Source: Octopus vulgaris
Taxonomy: Eukaryota
Assembly (NCBI GenBank): GCA_951406725.2
Contig: OX597814.1
Span: forward strand, 209,126,001-209,190,000
Reading direction: 5' to 3'
DNA: 64,000 bases
Below the pieces are notes generated by a model. That model did not search any database. It saw nothing but the letters and a program-made list of their open reading frames with translations, and was not told the DNA's origin. The translations under genes were made by a program, and so were the position numbers. Below are positions 11,586 through 23,981 of the stretch, piece by piece; position 1 is the first letter of the stretch; each line of letters opens with the position of its first letter.

Positions 11586-13310
11586 AGTCTTTCGGTTCCA
11601 GACAATAGCTAGCAAGCCTGCGCTTTTTATTTTTTGGGTCACTCATGAGTGTTGGTAGTGAATTCTTCGACGTGAGTTCGAATCATTACACACTGATATT
11701 GTTATGTTTGTTGTAGGTCTCCCCGCGCGGGTGAACCAAGATTCGTTGAATTGTTTAAATTGTTGAATTTTAGTCGCTGTTTTGTTTGCATCTGTATATT
11801 CCCCGTCTACAGGAGAAGCAGAGAAAGGGAGAGAGAGATGGAGAATAGACAAAGTTACACAGCGGCAACGACCCAAAGAATAAATGCCAACACCCTGGAA
11901 GTACAGGAATTAGAAATTGACACAAGAAACTGGAGGGAAGGAAGCCAATTGGTAAAAAAAGGAGGTAGCCAGTCTACAGCTGACTCCCCCAGAAGAACTG
12001 ATGAACAGAGGACAGTAGTATACAGAACGTTGTCTACGTCCTCGAAAAAGATAGTTAGCCCCAACAGAAGAAATGCAGGAGTGCCTCGAAAAAGTTAAGA
12101 TCGACCACATTCTATACACGTGGTAGAAAGTATGGCACAGTGGAAGTAAAGTTTGGCAACGAAGAAGATGCCATAAACCACTCCACAGACCTGTTACGGA
12201 CAACAAAATGGATACAACTTCCGACATACTGTGGCAAACGCATTGCCAGAGTGAGAGTTGGAAGAGAGCCCCCCGAAATCGAGGAAGAATGGCTAGTGGC
12301 AGCCATAACGCATGATATGAAGGAGGGGCGGAAATCCTCAAGATTACGAGGACCCAAAAGGTTAATTGGTGGGACTATGGCCTCGAAATTACCATGCACT
12401 TGTCTTTGGAATACTTGCATAGTATAACGGAGGAAATAATACTCCCGGAAGACAGCAGACTTCGAATAACAGTAGAAGAAGACCGCCAACATGCTTCCTA
12501 TGCGGCAAAAAAGGGCACTTGAAAGCAACATGTCCCGAGAAGAAAAACGAAGAGGAGAAGAAAAGTGAAGAAAACAATACCGAAGAGGTAGTACCAACGA
12601 AAGAGACAGAGTGGAGGAATCCTTCACAGTAGTAAACAGGAAGAGAAAGGAACGGGTGAATTCTCCCACAGACAGTCAAAAAAAGTTAAAAGAGATTGAA
12701 ACGGAAGAAAAAAGAAATAGGTGCGAAGCACCAACAGAAGTAGTGACGAAAGAAGGCACACAGGAAGAAACAATATTACAACAGGTGGAAAGAGAAAGCG
12801 TCTATGATATTGGTTATAATGTTTCTGCACGCCCGGACAGATCAGGACGGGAGCCGAAGCAAGCAGAAATGAAAAGGAAGAGATATAAGTGGCATTTTGT
12901 CACGTATACCAAAAGTACAGAAATAGAGAAAAAATATTGTAAAATGTAAATCGGTAATAAGAGTAAAGCTGCCGCCAGGAAAATACCCGGAAAAGACTAA
13001 AGGAATAATCACGGATAGAGACAGATTTGAGAAATTGAGAGAGATGTTTGGAAGTTGCAAGGACCCGCTGGTGGTTGAAGTCGAGTTTGACGAGCTCCCA
13101 CCGGTCGTGGAATTAGAAGATTTGAAACCCTTTATGAACATTTAAAAGCCAGTGAGTAAAATTTGTGTTTCATAAAAAAAGAGGAAAATAGACTGTTTAA
13201 AAGTCTAAAGAAAAAAGAAAAAAGAACGATAAAAAAAAGACTGTAAGAACGTTTAGTTGTAAAAAAGAAATCACGGTTTCGTCTCGGAGCAGGACCGAGA
13301 AAACCGCCTC
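11586..13310 (+). mobile_element. ORF1-only (Tx1 ORF1/ZCCHC3-like) element, frameshifted
   Basis: Joined frames give RRM-like RTVVYRT..VEVKFGNEEDAI..RVRVGREPPEIEEEWL, then RPPTCFLCGKKGHLKATCP, an acidic linker and a C-terminal domain ending KPFMNI*; no ORF2 follows. Confidence 0.75.
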
Positions 13311-13660
13311 ATATTCTTTCAAATCTCTGTACTTATCGCACACGCATACATCCATGTTTGTACACACACACTTTGTTCTCATGACGAGCTGTCTATTATT
13401 ATGCATATATGATGCTCACGCATGTTCTATCAATAAAATCTTCTCTTAAACATTCTACCCGGTTGTGTCTCTCTTTTCCTTCTGGCACATATACGCATTC
13501 TTTTCATATTTATTGTATCGACCGTGTGATGTGCAAAGGAGCCATTCTCGTCACCTCACTTCGCATGGTCGTTTACAGATGTTTCTTTGGAATTGCTGAC
13601 GCGATGCAAAAGCACAGAAATCTTTGCTACGTTAAAAAAAGAAGATACAAATACGCTATA

Positions 13661-13957
13661 TCTTTATATATAAAAGTGAAGTTGTGTGTCTGTCTCCTAC
13701 GATTTAGATTCCTAACTACTCCCACATTTTGCGGTACAGTTTAACCAAAACCGGGTATCTTATAGTCGTGATTCATATCGAGCCCTTCTGGGTATTAGCG
13801 CGCGTCTACGATGAGTCTACGATTTAAAAAAATTTACCATCAATTTTTCCCATTTTTAATGCATTTTTTTGCTATTATATAAGGGAAGTAACTCTCTAAA
13901 AATGCTTATATAGTTATTTCCCTTACAAATCCGAGCAACGCCGGACGATACTGCTAG
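13661..13957 (+). mobile_element. Non-autonomous Helitron
   Basis: A|TC 5' end, subterminal hairpin TCCGAGCAACGCCGGA, CTAG|T 3' end, no TSD; three copies in window. Confidence 0.9.
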
Positions 13958-14399
13958 TATATTATATTTATATATCCAACAAAATGAGTTTTCGCTATTT
14001 CAAAGTCGTTATCTAGTAAATGACTTCATCTGAGACAGTGAGTTGAAATTGAAGCAACTACATCACGGAAGAAGAGCTATTTATTAAACACACAAAATTG
14101 TTAAATACACTTTTACTTTATTTGACGAGGTGTGTAGTTGTAACGGTGACCAGGTCGCAGTTGCTCGACGAAAAACTTTTACTTTTCATGAAATATATTT
14201 AAAGTAAATCTAACAGCTTTACGTATCACTAAATGGCTTTTCCACGAAGTAGTTGGTTGTCCTTTATTTTGTGGGATATCAAAAGTGATTTCAAATATAC
14301 ACCTACGTGCGAACACATCGAGGGTCTTAACTGTTTTCATTTATGAACAAATCATGGTTTAATATAAAATTTCATTGAACTGGAGTGACTACTAATTTC

Positions 14400-14819
14400 G
14401 GATCTTTTCGGTTTGAACGGCAGTTTTTAACATAATTTCTAGGTAACTAAAAAATTTTAAACTTCGTATACTGGTAGAATGTGTTTATAAAACATTCTAC
14501 CAGTATTCTGAGAAAATTCTATAGTTTGTAAGATACTTGTTTTTTTTTCTTCAATTTCTGCAATTTCAACCAATCACTGACATCTATTGAGGTAAAAAAC
14601 ATTATCTGCCGTATGAATATGTCCCTCGTATAAGAAACAGATTGGGTTTATTTACATTTGTGAAGAAAAAAAGATACCCCTCCTCCACCCCAAACTCAAA
14701 CCTTAACCCTAACCCTAAAACAGATTGAAATGCAATAGATCGATACTAGGGTCATAATTATGGGTGACAATTTCATATGACACCGCTAGAAAAAACTGCC
14801 GTTCAAACCGAAAAGATCC
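14400..14819. mobile_element. MITE with GGATC termini and 8-bp TSD (Merlin-like), internal CCCTAA repeats
   Basis: 29-bp TIR GGATCTTTTCGGTTTGAACGGCAGTTTTT; TSD CTAATTTC/GTAATTTC. Confidence 0.85.
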
Positions 14820-15230
14820 GTAATTTCCTCTTATTGTTCTTGTCTCGATTGTTTAACCGGGTGAGAAAAAAACCCAAAAGGAGTACTCAATGTTTATATG
14901 TTAATTTATTTGAAGCTAACATTTGACTTTGTCGCTATTCTACGTTTCTCTTTCTAAACATATTCGTTGACAGTTAATAGGAAACATGAACTACATGGAT
15001 TACTAGCAGGTATACAAGTTGTAGACTTGTCTGCCTTAATGCTGTTAATTAATTTTGGTGGTTAGATTTGGTTGCTTGGGGGAAAATAATGAGATGCAAC
15101 TGTCAGAACAGCTTGGCAGCAGCAAACGTTTTCAATTACAAACGAGATTTTAACCACTTTGTAGTCATGTATGTACTCAAACACACAAGTATTTTTGTAT
15201 TTCAGCTTACATAAACATATAACCACGAGA

Positions 15231-15581
15231 AGGCGTGTGAGCTGGCAGAAACGTTAGCGCGCCGGGCGAAATTGTTTTATTCCTACCCACAAGGGGCAAC
15301 ATAGAGGGGACAATACAATCGGGAAAAATAAAATAATGAATTATGAAGTTTGTACAATGTGGTGTAATGCCCACTGCGCGCCGGGCGAAATGCGTAGCCG
15401 TATTTCATCTGTCGTTACGTTCCGAGTTCAAATTCCGCCGAGGTCGACTTTGCCTTTCATCCTTTCAGGGTCGATAAATTAAGTACCAGTTACGCACTGG
15501 GGCCGATGTAATCGACTTAATCCGTTTGTCGGTCCTTGTTTGTCCCCTCTGTGTTTAGCTCCTTGTGGGTAGTAAAGAAAT
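15231..15581 (+). mobile_element. SINE family B carrying a nested antisense insert
   Basis: TSD TATAACCACGAGAA on both sides; insert at 15273-15375. Confidence 0.9.
15273..15375 (-). mobile_element. 5'-truncated LINE-like 3' end with a SINE-B-type tail
   Basis: 16-bp TSD GCGCGCCGGGCGAAAT (15257-15272, 15376-15391); tail GTCCCCTCTATGTTGCCCCTTGTGGGTAGGAATAAAA on a body unlike SINE B. Confidence 0.7.
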
Positions 15582-15735
15582 GTATAACCACGAGAATGTA
15601 GAGATACTATTTAGGGATTTCAGAATGAGCATGAAGGCAAAAAAAAAAAAGAAAAAAATACCAACAAACTAGGATTCTTGGCTTTTACCCAGGCGACTTA
15701 GTTCAGTTCTCGGTGTGGGATCGGTGGTATTTATA

Positions 15736-16650
15736 GGCGCAGGCGTAGTTCTGTGGTAAGAAGTTAGATTCTGAACCACATGATTCTGGGTTCAGTCCTA
15801 CTGCATGGCATCTTGGGCAAGTAATTTTATAAATAGCTCCGGGACATCTAAAGTAAGTGGATTTGGAGGAACGAAACTGGGATCTTTACCTTTTGACCGA
15901 CAGATTTTAAAAATAATTTTTTGTAACTAAGTATTATCAAACTTCGTACACTGGTAGAATGTGTCCCATAAAACCTCTTTTACTCTTAGCGCTTTTGAGA
16001 AAAGCTTATATTAAGGAAGTTATTTCACGTTAAAGTTGTAGTATTTCGGTAATTTCAACCAATCAGTGACGTGTATTCAGTTGAATAAAATTACTGTCGT
16101 TGTTTGTCAACAAGAACTTCCAGTGGTGTATATTTCGTTTGTCACTGTTATTTGTGACAACCCTAACCCTAAAATCTTAATCTTAAAACCCTAACTAACC
16201 CTTACCCTAAAACTCTAACCCTAACCATAAAACATTATGACTAAAACCAGTGCAAACGCACGAACGATGTCATAAATAACAGTGACAAATGAAAAATTTA
16301 CCGCAGATAGTTGTTGTTGACAAACAACGGTAGAAATTTTATTCAGCTGAATACACTTCATTGATTGGTTGAAATTACCGAAATACTACAACTTTAACGT
16401 GAAATAACTTCCCAAATATAAGCTTTTCTCAAAAACGCTAAGAGTAAAAGATATTTTATATGACACATTCTACCAGTGTCCGAAGTTTGAAAGTGTTTAG
16501 TTACAAAAAATTATTTTTTAAGTCTGTCGGTCAAAAGATAAAGATCCCGAAACTGAAAGAATCGTGCCCTATATATATATGTATAAAACACTTCAAGATA
16601 ATGCTCCAGCACGGCCGCTGTCCAATGAATTCAGCAAAAGAAGATAAAAG
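15736..16650 (+). mobile_element. Diverged SINE family A interrupted by a MITE
   Basis: Head GGCGCAGGCGTAG..GGGTTCAGTCCTACTG..CTTGGGCAAGT; resumes at GAAACTGAAAGAA after the MITE. Confidence 0.75.
15880..16547. mobile_element. Foldback MITE (about 280-bp arms) with a telomere-like spacer, 8-bp TSD
   Basis: GGATC...GATCC termini, perfect TSD CGAAACTG, arms are reverse complements, centre ACCCTAACCCTAA-like. Confidence 0.9.
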
Positions 16651-16908
16651 ATTGGTATGTCATGTATGCAATATTTGATCAAAGGATGTACATTTTTCAT
16701 CAAAATATGGCCAAACGTGCGTTGTATCCAACTTTTGACAGAATTCTACAAGATGTTTATATCTAAACAAAGGGTTCAAAGGGTAACGGGTGACATTGAT
16801 TCAATTGGTGATCTCATCTGACCAGGAAAAGCTTTTAGCTCTATAGATTATTACGCATTGTAAAACTAGAAAATGTTGATATATTTATTGAATTTATCAA
16901 ATTAAAAG

Positions 16909-17302
16909 CGAGCGGTTACTGTTTATTTCTCGCACTGAGATTTAATAATGTTTACAGTCAGTTTTTCGAAATCAGTGGCAGACGTCACTAGAAAAACTCT
17001 TATATATTTTGCAAAGCAGGCCTAATCTTTCATCGTGACCTGGTGGTTACCGCCCGTTGATAGGAGACAATAATCTCGAAACCGGTCCGGTGCGTATCAC
17101 TCAGGCTTACGAGGAAGGTATGGCCTCCCTTTGCAAATACCTGAAGGTCACAGAAAGTGTGTCTAAAGCCAGCTGGAGACGTTGATCTCCTGGGGGTAAA
17201 AAGCTACAGTAACACCCCCACTTTGTGGTTAACCATATTGAGATGGCTTTTATACTTTACATTGTCGAGCGGTTACTGTTTACATCTCGCTCTGAGATTT
17301 AA
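16909..17302 (+). mobile_element. Retrozyme-like / pLTR-like unit, 357-nt period with 37-bp terminal redundancy
   Basis: Direct repeats 16909-16945 and 17266-17302; HHR-like motif at the apex of a long stem. Confidence 0.55.
17051..17094 (+). ncRNA. Type I hammerhead-like motif (U3-A8, G9)
   Basis: CCG-TTGATAG-GAGA caataa TCTC-GAAAC-CG-GTC-CGG; palindromic ACCGGT stem III. Confidence 0.6.
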
Positions 17303-17341
17303 CAAATTAAGAGTGTTTTCTTTTTAATATTCATGAAATCA

Positions 17342-18088
17342 AGGCGGCGAGATGGCAGAAACGTTAGCACGCCGGGCGAAATGCCTAGCGGCATTTCGTC
17401 TGCCGTTACGTTGTGAGTTCAAATTCCGCTGAGGTCGGCTTTGCCTTTCATCTTTTTGGGGTTGATAAATTAAGTACCTGTTACGCACTGGGGTCGATGT
17501 AATCGACTTAATACCTATGTCTGTCCTTGTTTGTCCCCTCTGTGTTTAGCCCCTTGTGGGTAGTAAAGAAATAGGTAATACCACTAAGCATTTCGCACGG
17601 CGTAAGTACCAGTTACGCACTGGGGTCGATATAATCGAGTTAATCCGTTTGTCTGTCCTTGTTTGTCCCCTCTGTATGTAGCCCCTTGTGGGCAGTAACA
17701 TAAGAATCGTTAGCACGCCGGGCGAAATGCTTAGCAGTATTTCGTCTGCCGCTCCGTTCTAAGTTCAAATTCCGCCGAGGTCGACTTTGCCTTTCATCCT
17801 TTCGGGATCGATTAAATAAGTACCAGTTACGCACTAGGGTCGATATAATCGACTTAATCCGTTTGTCTGTTCTTGTTCGTCCTCTCTGTGTTTAGCCCCT
17901 TGTGGGTAGTAAAGAAATAGGTATTTCGTCTGTCTTTACGTTCTGGGTTCAAATTCCGCCGAGGTCGACTTTGCCTTTGATCCTTTCGGGGTCGATAAAT
18001 TAAGTACCAGTTGCGTACTGGAGTCGATTAGATCGACTGCCCCCACCCCCAAATTTCAGGCCTTGTGCCTAGAGTAGAAAAGAATATT
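17342..18088 (+). mobile_element. Tandem/nested cluster of SINE family B units
   Basis: Three heads or partial heads and three tails; junctions AAAGAAATA|GGTA. Confidence 0.9.
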
Positions 18089-18900
18089 CATGAAATCCTT
18101 GTCCCCTCTAAAATATCAACAAATATCTGTACTGGTTGTCGAAATATAATTTATGATCTCTTTTTTTTTGCCTGGTTAATGAGATACACACATACACACA
18201 CACACACTTATTCCACTTTCACACAAACACACACTCACACAAAAAGACACTTGTCAGATTTTTGAAATTTGCCCAAAATTATTTCCAATTTTGTTGAAAT
18301 CAAATAATTCACTGAATTAAGATTAAAAAAAAAAAAGAATGTTTATTGATAACCAAAATTAAATAGCAAATGCTTCCAGCAATTATTATCTTTGAGTTTA
18401 AAAATAAAAATAAATTCTTTTCTTCATATTATCTGCGAGATTTTTTTCCAGAAATACTAGTTCAAATTTTTACCACTTTCTGAATTGCTACAAATAAAAT
18501 ATTCCAAGTTTTTTTTTTTAAAGATTTCAAATTCAATTTATATTTAATCACCTACCAAAAAAATTTTCTTTCATGGTTCAGTTATGAAGATCTTTCTGGT
18601 CAAAACCAAGATTCAAGTGTTATAATTCTGGAGGAACTTTTCAATAAATTTGATAAGATGATCTGTTAATTTTTTGTTTTTTTTAGTTAGGAGGGAAAGT
18701 AATGCCCATGATCCTTAACAGAGTCTCCAAGACTGGTGGATGCATCCACTTAGCTTGAAACTGGAGTCCTGGCCCGAATGCTTGGAACGGAATAGGATCT
18801 ACTAAGAACATCCAAGGTGCCAAGTGGTGGTGTTCAACTGGGTGACGGATTAAGTTAACCACGCAAATAGGCCTTGGTGGCATTTGAACCGTATTTTGTT

Positions 18901-19250
18901 TCTTTTACTTGTTTCAGTCATTTGACTGCGGCCATTCTGGGGTACCGCCTTTAGTAGAATCAAATCGACCCCAGGACTTGTTCTTTGTCAGCCTAGTACT
19001 TATTCTATCGGTCTCTTTTGCCGAACCGCTAAGTGACGATGGTGATGAGGGGACACACACAGAACCCCCCCACATATATATATATATACGACGGCCTTCT
19101 TTCAGTTTCCGTCTACCAAATCCACTCACAAGGCTTTGGTCAGCCCGAGGCTATAGTAGAAGACACTTGACCAAGGTGCCACGCAGTGGGACTGAACCCG
19201 GAACCATGTGGTTGGTGAGCAAGCTACTTACCACACAGCCACTTCCTGCG
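18901..19250 (-). mobile_element. SINE family A
   Basis: Reverse complement match to 3779-4169 with a small internal deletion. Confidence 0.9.
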
Positions 19251-20425
19251 TATACGAAAAAAAACCCCCCAAAAACAGAAGAAATATCATAAAGCATCCG
19301 GTCCCATTTTGTTACAGTTATGCCAGTCTAGCAACGCTAATTACTACTTTTTTTTTATCAGTCCCAAGAAAATAAAAGGTAAAGTTGACGTCAGCAGTAT
19401 TTGAACTCAGGACGAATACAATCGAAACAAATGTCACGCCAACGACGTTTTTCCAGCTCTTTATCTTTTATGCCGCCATGCTCAACCTTACTTTTGCTCC
19501 TTTTGGGTTCGATGAAATAAGGTATCCTAAAATTGCTGGCCTTGTGCCGAAATGAGAAAGTCTTTCATCGGGTGCTTATCGCTCTTTAACCAGTCGGACG
19601 TAGACTCATAGTATTTGGTGTTTGTCACTGAATGGTTTTGGATTATATTTTTCTCTGAGAGGCAATTTGTTACTCTTCTAAGAGAATCAGGATTGTTAGA
19701 TTGTTCGGCGATAGAGCATTGCATTGATATTACTTCTGTGTTTGTACTTGGAAGTTAGCTCTCTGTCCACTGTAATGGTTGCATATTTTGCTTCTATTTT
19801 TTTACGAGACTTGTAGATGCTATTATTGACCATTAAAGGTTTTCTGACACTTTTCTCTTTAAGTATCAAGGTTTATTTACATAAAAACGTTGCGTTCTAC
19901 CTAGTTGGCTTGAGGAATATTGTATTTAATGAGTTCCTTTTTTTTATGTTCAAGACTTTTTGTGTCACTCTAATATAGCTGGTCTGCTTGCCGTTGATAA
20001 TTATTACTTTTACATGGAATGCAATATTCTTCTGGCATTTACAGTTAAAGGAGCAATTATTTTAGGGATTGTAAATACCTGTGGTTTCAAGCTCGTTTAT
20101 ATAACTGACCATTTTGTGATTATGCTTTTGTCTGATAATTCCTATCTAAAGTATGCAACTTTGGTCACATGTCTTGTTGGTTTAGTTAAAGAACACGTAG
20201 TTATGTTGCCATTATCGGAAAATACTACCTGAATAATGCTTCAAAGATTTTGGTCAAAGTACCATATTACTATTACACCGAAGGTCGAAGCAATTAATCC
20301 TCCCTGTTATGGTTATCTTTTTCAGTGAATTTTGGCTTTGTTGGGGCATCATTGTGAAATTTTCAATCTCAAAACAGGCGTATATGCATGTATATGTTCA
20401 CGTTTATGCATATAAATATATTGTA

Positions 20426-20821
20426 TTTAACTTGTTTCAGTCATTTGACTGCGGCCATGCTGGAGCACCGCCTTTAGTCGAGCAAATCGACCCCGGGTCT
20501 TATTCTTTGTAAGCCCAGTACTTATTCTTTCGGTCTATTTTGCCGAACCGCTAAGTGACGGGGACGTAAACACACCAGCATCGGTTGTCAAGCAATGCTA
20601 GGGGGACAAACACAGACACACAAACACACACATACATATATATATATATACATATATACGACAGGCTTCTTTCAGTTTCTGTCTACCAAATCCACTCACA
20701 AGGCATTGGTCGGCCCGGGGCTATAGCAGAAGACACTTGCCCAAGATGCCACGCAGTGGGACTGAACCCGGAACCGTGTGGTTGGTTAGCAAGCTACTTA
20801 CCACACAGCCACTCCTGCGCC
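20426..20821 (-). mobile_element. SINE family A, full length
   Basis: Nearly identical to 1138-1574. Confidence 0.92.
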
Positions 20822-21001
20822 TATATATATTTTATTTAATGTTTGTTTTTTTATGTAAATTATACATGCATATATACATGCACACACACATACACACACA
20901 CACACATATATATATATAAACTCTGAAGGCACTGCAAGGCTTTTGCTTGTATTTTAACAGTGAGAATTAATGAAAGAAAACGCCATGTACAGATCGTTAT
21001 A

Positions 21002-21391
21002 TCTTTATATATAAAAGCGAAGTTGTGTGTCTGTTTACTCCGATTTAGATTCCTAACTACTCCCACATTTTGCGGTGCAGTTAAACCAAAAGCGGGTATC
21101 TTATAGTCGTGATTCATATCGAGCACTTCTGGGTATTAGCACGCGTCTACGATGAGTCTACGATTTAAAAAATAATTTACCATCATTTTTTTCCATTTTA
21201 ATGCATATTTTTTTTAAAGGGAAGTAACTCTCTAAAAATGTCTACGATGAGTCAACGATTTAAAAAAAAGTTTACCATAATTTTTTTTCCATTTTTTATG
21301 CATTTTTTGCTATTTTTTTGCTATAACTCTCTAAAAATGCTTTATAGTTATTTCCCTCACAAACCCGAGCAACGCCGGGCGATACTGCTAG
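21002..21391 (+). mobile_element. Non-autonomous Helitron
   Basis: A|TC start, CCCGAGCAACGCCGGG hairpin, CTAG|T end; internal duplication relative to the 13661 copy. Confidence 0.9.
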
Positions 21392-22137
21392 TAAACATAT
21401 AAAATATATTTATAAGTCGTTTTAAAAATGTCATACATTTGTTTAAATGTCATTCAATGTACAGAAAAAAAAAATGTCTTTCTACTATTTGAAATAGAAA
21501 ATAGAAAATGCGCAAGCACATTAATAACAAACTGCATAATATTCCCTCCCTAATCTCAATACTTATGTAGTTAACAGATATACAGATGAAGCGATATGGG
21601 TACATGGAGACACTGACAATTTGAAGTCGTTAAAAACAATCCAAAAATAAGATATAATAAAATCTAATATCTTTCTCTTCGACTTCAAATTTAAGATACA
21701 TACTCATAAAAAGCAAGAACAATAACAAAACGACAAAGACTATTTTTCAGCAAAACTAAATGCATTGTAATTAACTGTAACGAAATGATTAAAACTGGCA
21801 GTTTTAATTACATACAAACAAACGCAGGCCTAACACATACGTAAGTACATAGATCGGTGCGTATTCATAGATATATATATATATATATATGTGGAGAGAG
21901 ACATACATGCATAGGTACATACAAATTTGAATATATACATGCATACATATATATATATACATACAAACTTACATGTATACGTAGGAACACCTGATTACAC
22001 ACATATACTTACATAATTACATACGTTCATACATATACAGATGGGCACAACCACGCATTCGCACGTATATAACTTTGTATGTATACACACATACACACAC
22101 CTATGGACATATATATATGTATATTTACATACTTACT

Positions 22138-22181
<44 letters not shown>

Positions 22182-22298
22182 CATATATACATATATATAT
22201 ATATATTGTTATGTGTATATTCGAAGGTTATATACACATGTATTTATATGCATCCCACACACGCGCGCCCGCGCACACACATATACATAATAAATGTA

Positions 22299-22332
<34 letters not shown>

Positions 22333-22450
22333 TACATTTATTATGTATATGTGTGTATATATATATATATTCATGCACACACATACTTACAAATGTATAT
22401 AAATATATATATACATGCATATATGTGTGTATGCATTCATGCTTGCTCAC

Positions 22451-22505
<55 letters not shown>

Positions 22506-23409
22506 CACACACACTTACATACTTACATACACGCATCTACCCACACAGTTACACACCTACTTGCAGATACTCACACACACACGCACACTCACACACCCCC
22601 TTCTTTTGAAATATATATTGAGCTACTTCACAATTTAGCATAATGGCATTTTGTGAAGAATCTGTGAAAATTGCAATTTTAGAAAATTACTTTACATCTG
22701 TAAAAATATCGTTTTTATTACTTTGCATTATTTGTTTATTTATATATTTATTAGCTATCCATTATTAAAGAAAAATAATTATTTCTTTTATTACTTATGA
22801 CTAATTCCGAAAATAAATTTCAAAATACACTTGAAACGCATTTTAGAACGTTAGAAGTAGCAGAGTCGTGAGTTGGTAAATTCGCCGTCGGCATTGTGTT
22901 GGCTTCTTTGACAAGAAGCTGTCATTTGTACATGACACTGAAATAGAGTAAAACAGATCTGTTCCCTCGTTGGCATTACTAGGTGAACTTAAAGTGGTAC
23001 TTCATTCCAACAATTTCTTTTTGTAGTTGACGTGAGAGTTTGTGATTTTCATGCCTTTTACGAGATCAAAACGAAAACGCGTAGGAGTATTTACTTTATG
23101 CAATTGTTTTGCTCGGCCTGCTGAAAATGCAACCAAATATCTTTCTCTTTCATCGTGTCTTAAAAAAAACGTGAAAGTTACAACGATTAGTGAAGCTCTA
23201 GATTGAGTATGTACGAATATATGAGAGGATGGGCACGGATGGAAATCTTTCCATTGTAGCTCTGCTTATCAAGGCTGAATTGTGACTAAACATTAAGAAT
23301 AAGAAAACCAGATTAGATCTGTATGTCTTAAGTCATATAAATCTCAACAAAAGTACCTCTCCAAGCTGTGCGCATGATAAATATATAAATTTGAACTGCA
23401 ATATTGCTT

Positions 23410-23586
23410 TCCAATTTTGGCACAACGCCAGCAATTTCTGGAAAGTGACTAAGTCAATAACATCGACCCTAGTACTCAACTGGTGGTTATTTTATCGGTC
23501 ATGAAAAGATGAAAGGTAAAGTCGACCTCGGCAGAATTTGAACTCAGAACGGCAGACGAACGTTTCTGTCAGTAGCTCGCTGCCTT
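23410..23586 (-). mobile_element. Diverged SINE family B relative
   Basis: GATGAAAGGTAAAGTCGACCTCGGCAGAATTTGAACTCAGAAC core. Confidence 0.75.
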
Positions 23587-23948
23587 AAATTGAACTGCAA
23601 TATTAAATGAACAAAGCTGTTGTGAATTATCGAGGTCAGCTTTCCTTTTCCCTTTTCGGGAGATTGATAAAATACAGTAGACAAGTACTGAAATCAGTTA
23701 AATCGCATAACCAACTTTAGTCTTAGTATATATTTTAATTAATGATCACATATCCATCATTGTACATAATATCCCACATTGTTTATTTATCCCACCTCAA
23801 AAATGAGCAGTTACCTCCCATGTCCTGAATAATAACTATCACCAATTACCCCCACTTACATTTTTTCTTCTTGTTAATTCATTCACAAGCTTTTATACAA
23901 GATCATGGACTAAAATCTTAAGAAAATGCGAAATTACAATAATTTCAA

Positions 23949-23981
23949 TGTCATGATTAGGGAAAGCGAAACCGGTCGACA
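23949..23981 (+). ncRNA. Minimal type I hammerhead motif (A3-U8 variant)
   Basis: TGTC-ATGATTA-GGgaaaGC-GAAAC-CG-GTC-GACA. Confidence 0.55.

Noticed and set aside
13274-13306. GC-rich hairpin CGGTTT..TCTCGG/CCGAGA..AAACCG as a ribozyme or terminator
   Set aside because: It has no catalytic core motif and is probably a 3' structure of the ORF1-only element. Function cannot be assigned.
19540-20310. Possible degenerate LINE ORF2 on the minus strand
   Set aside because: No diagnostic motif could be read with confidence.
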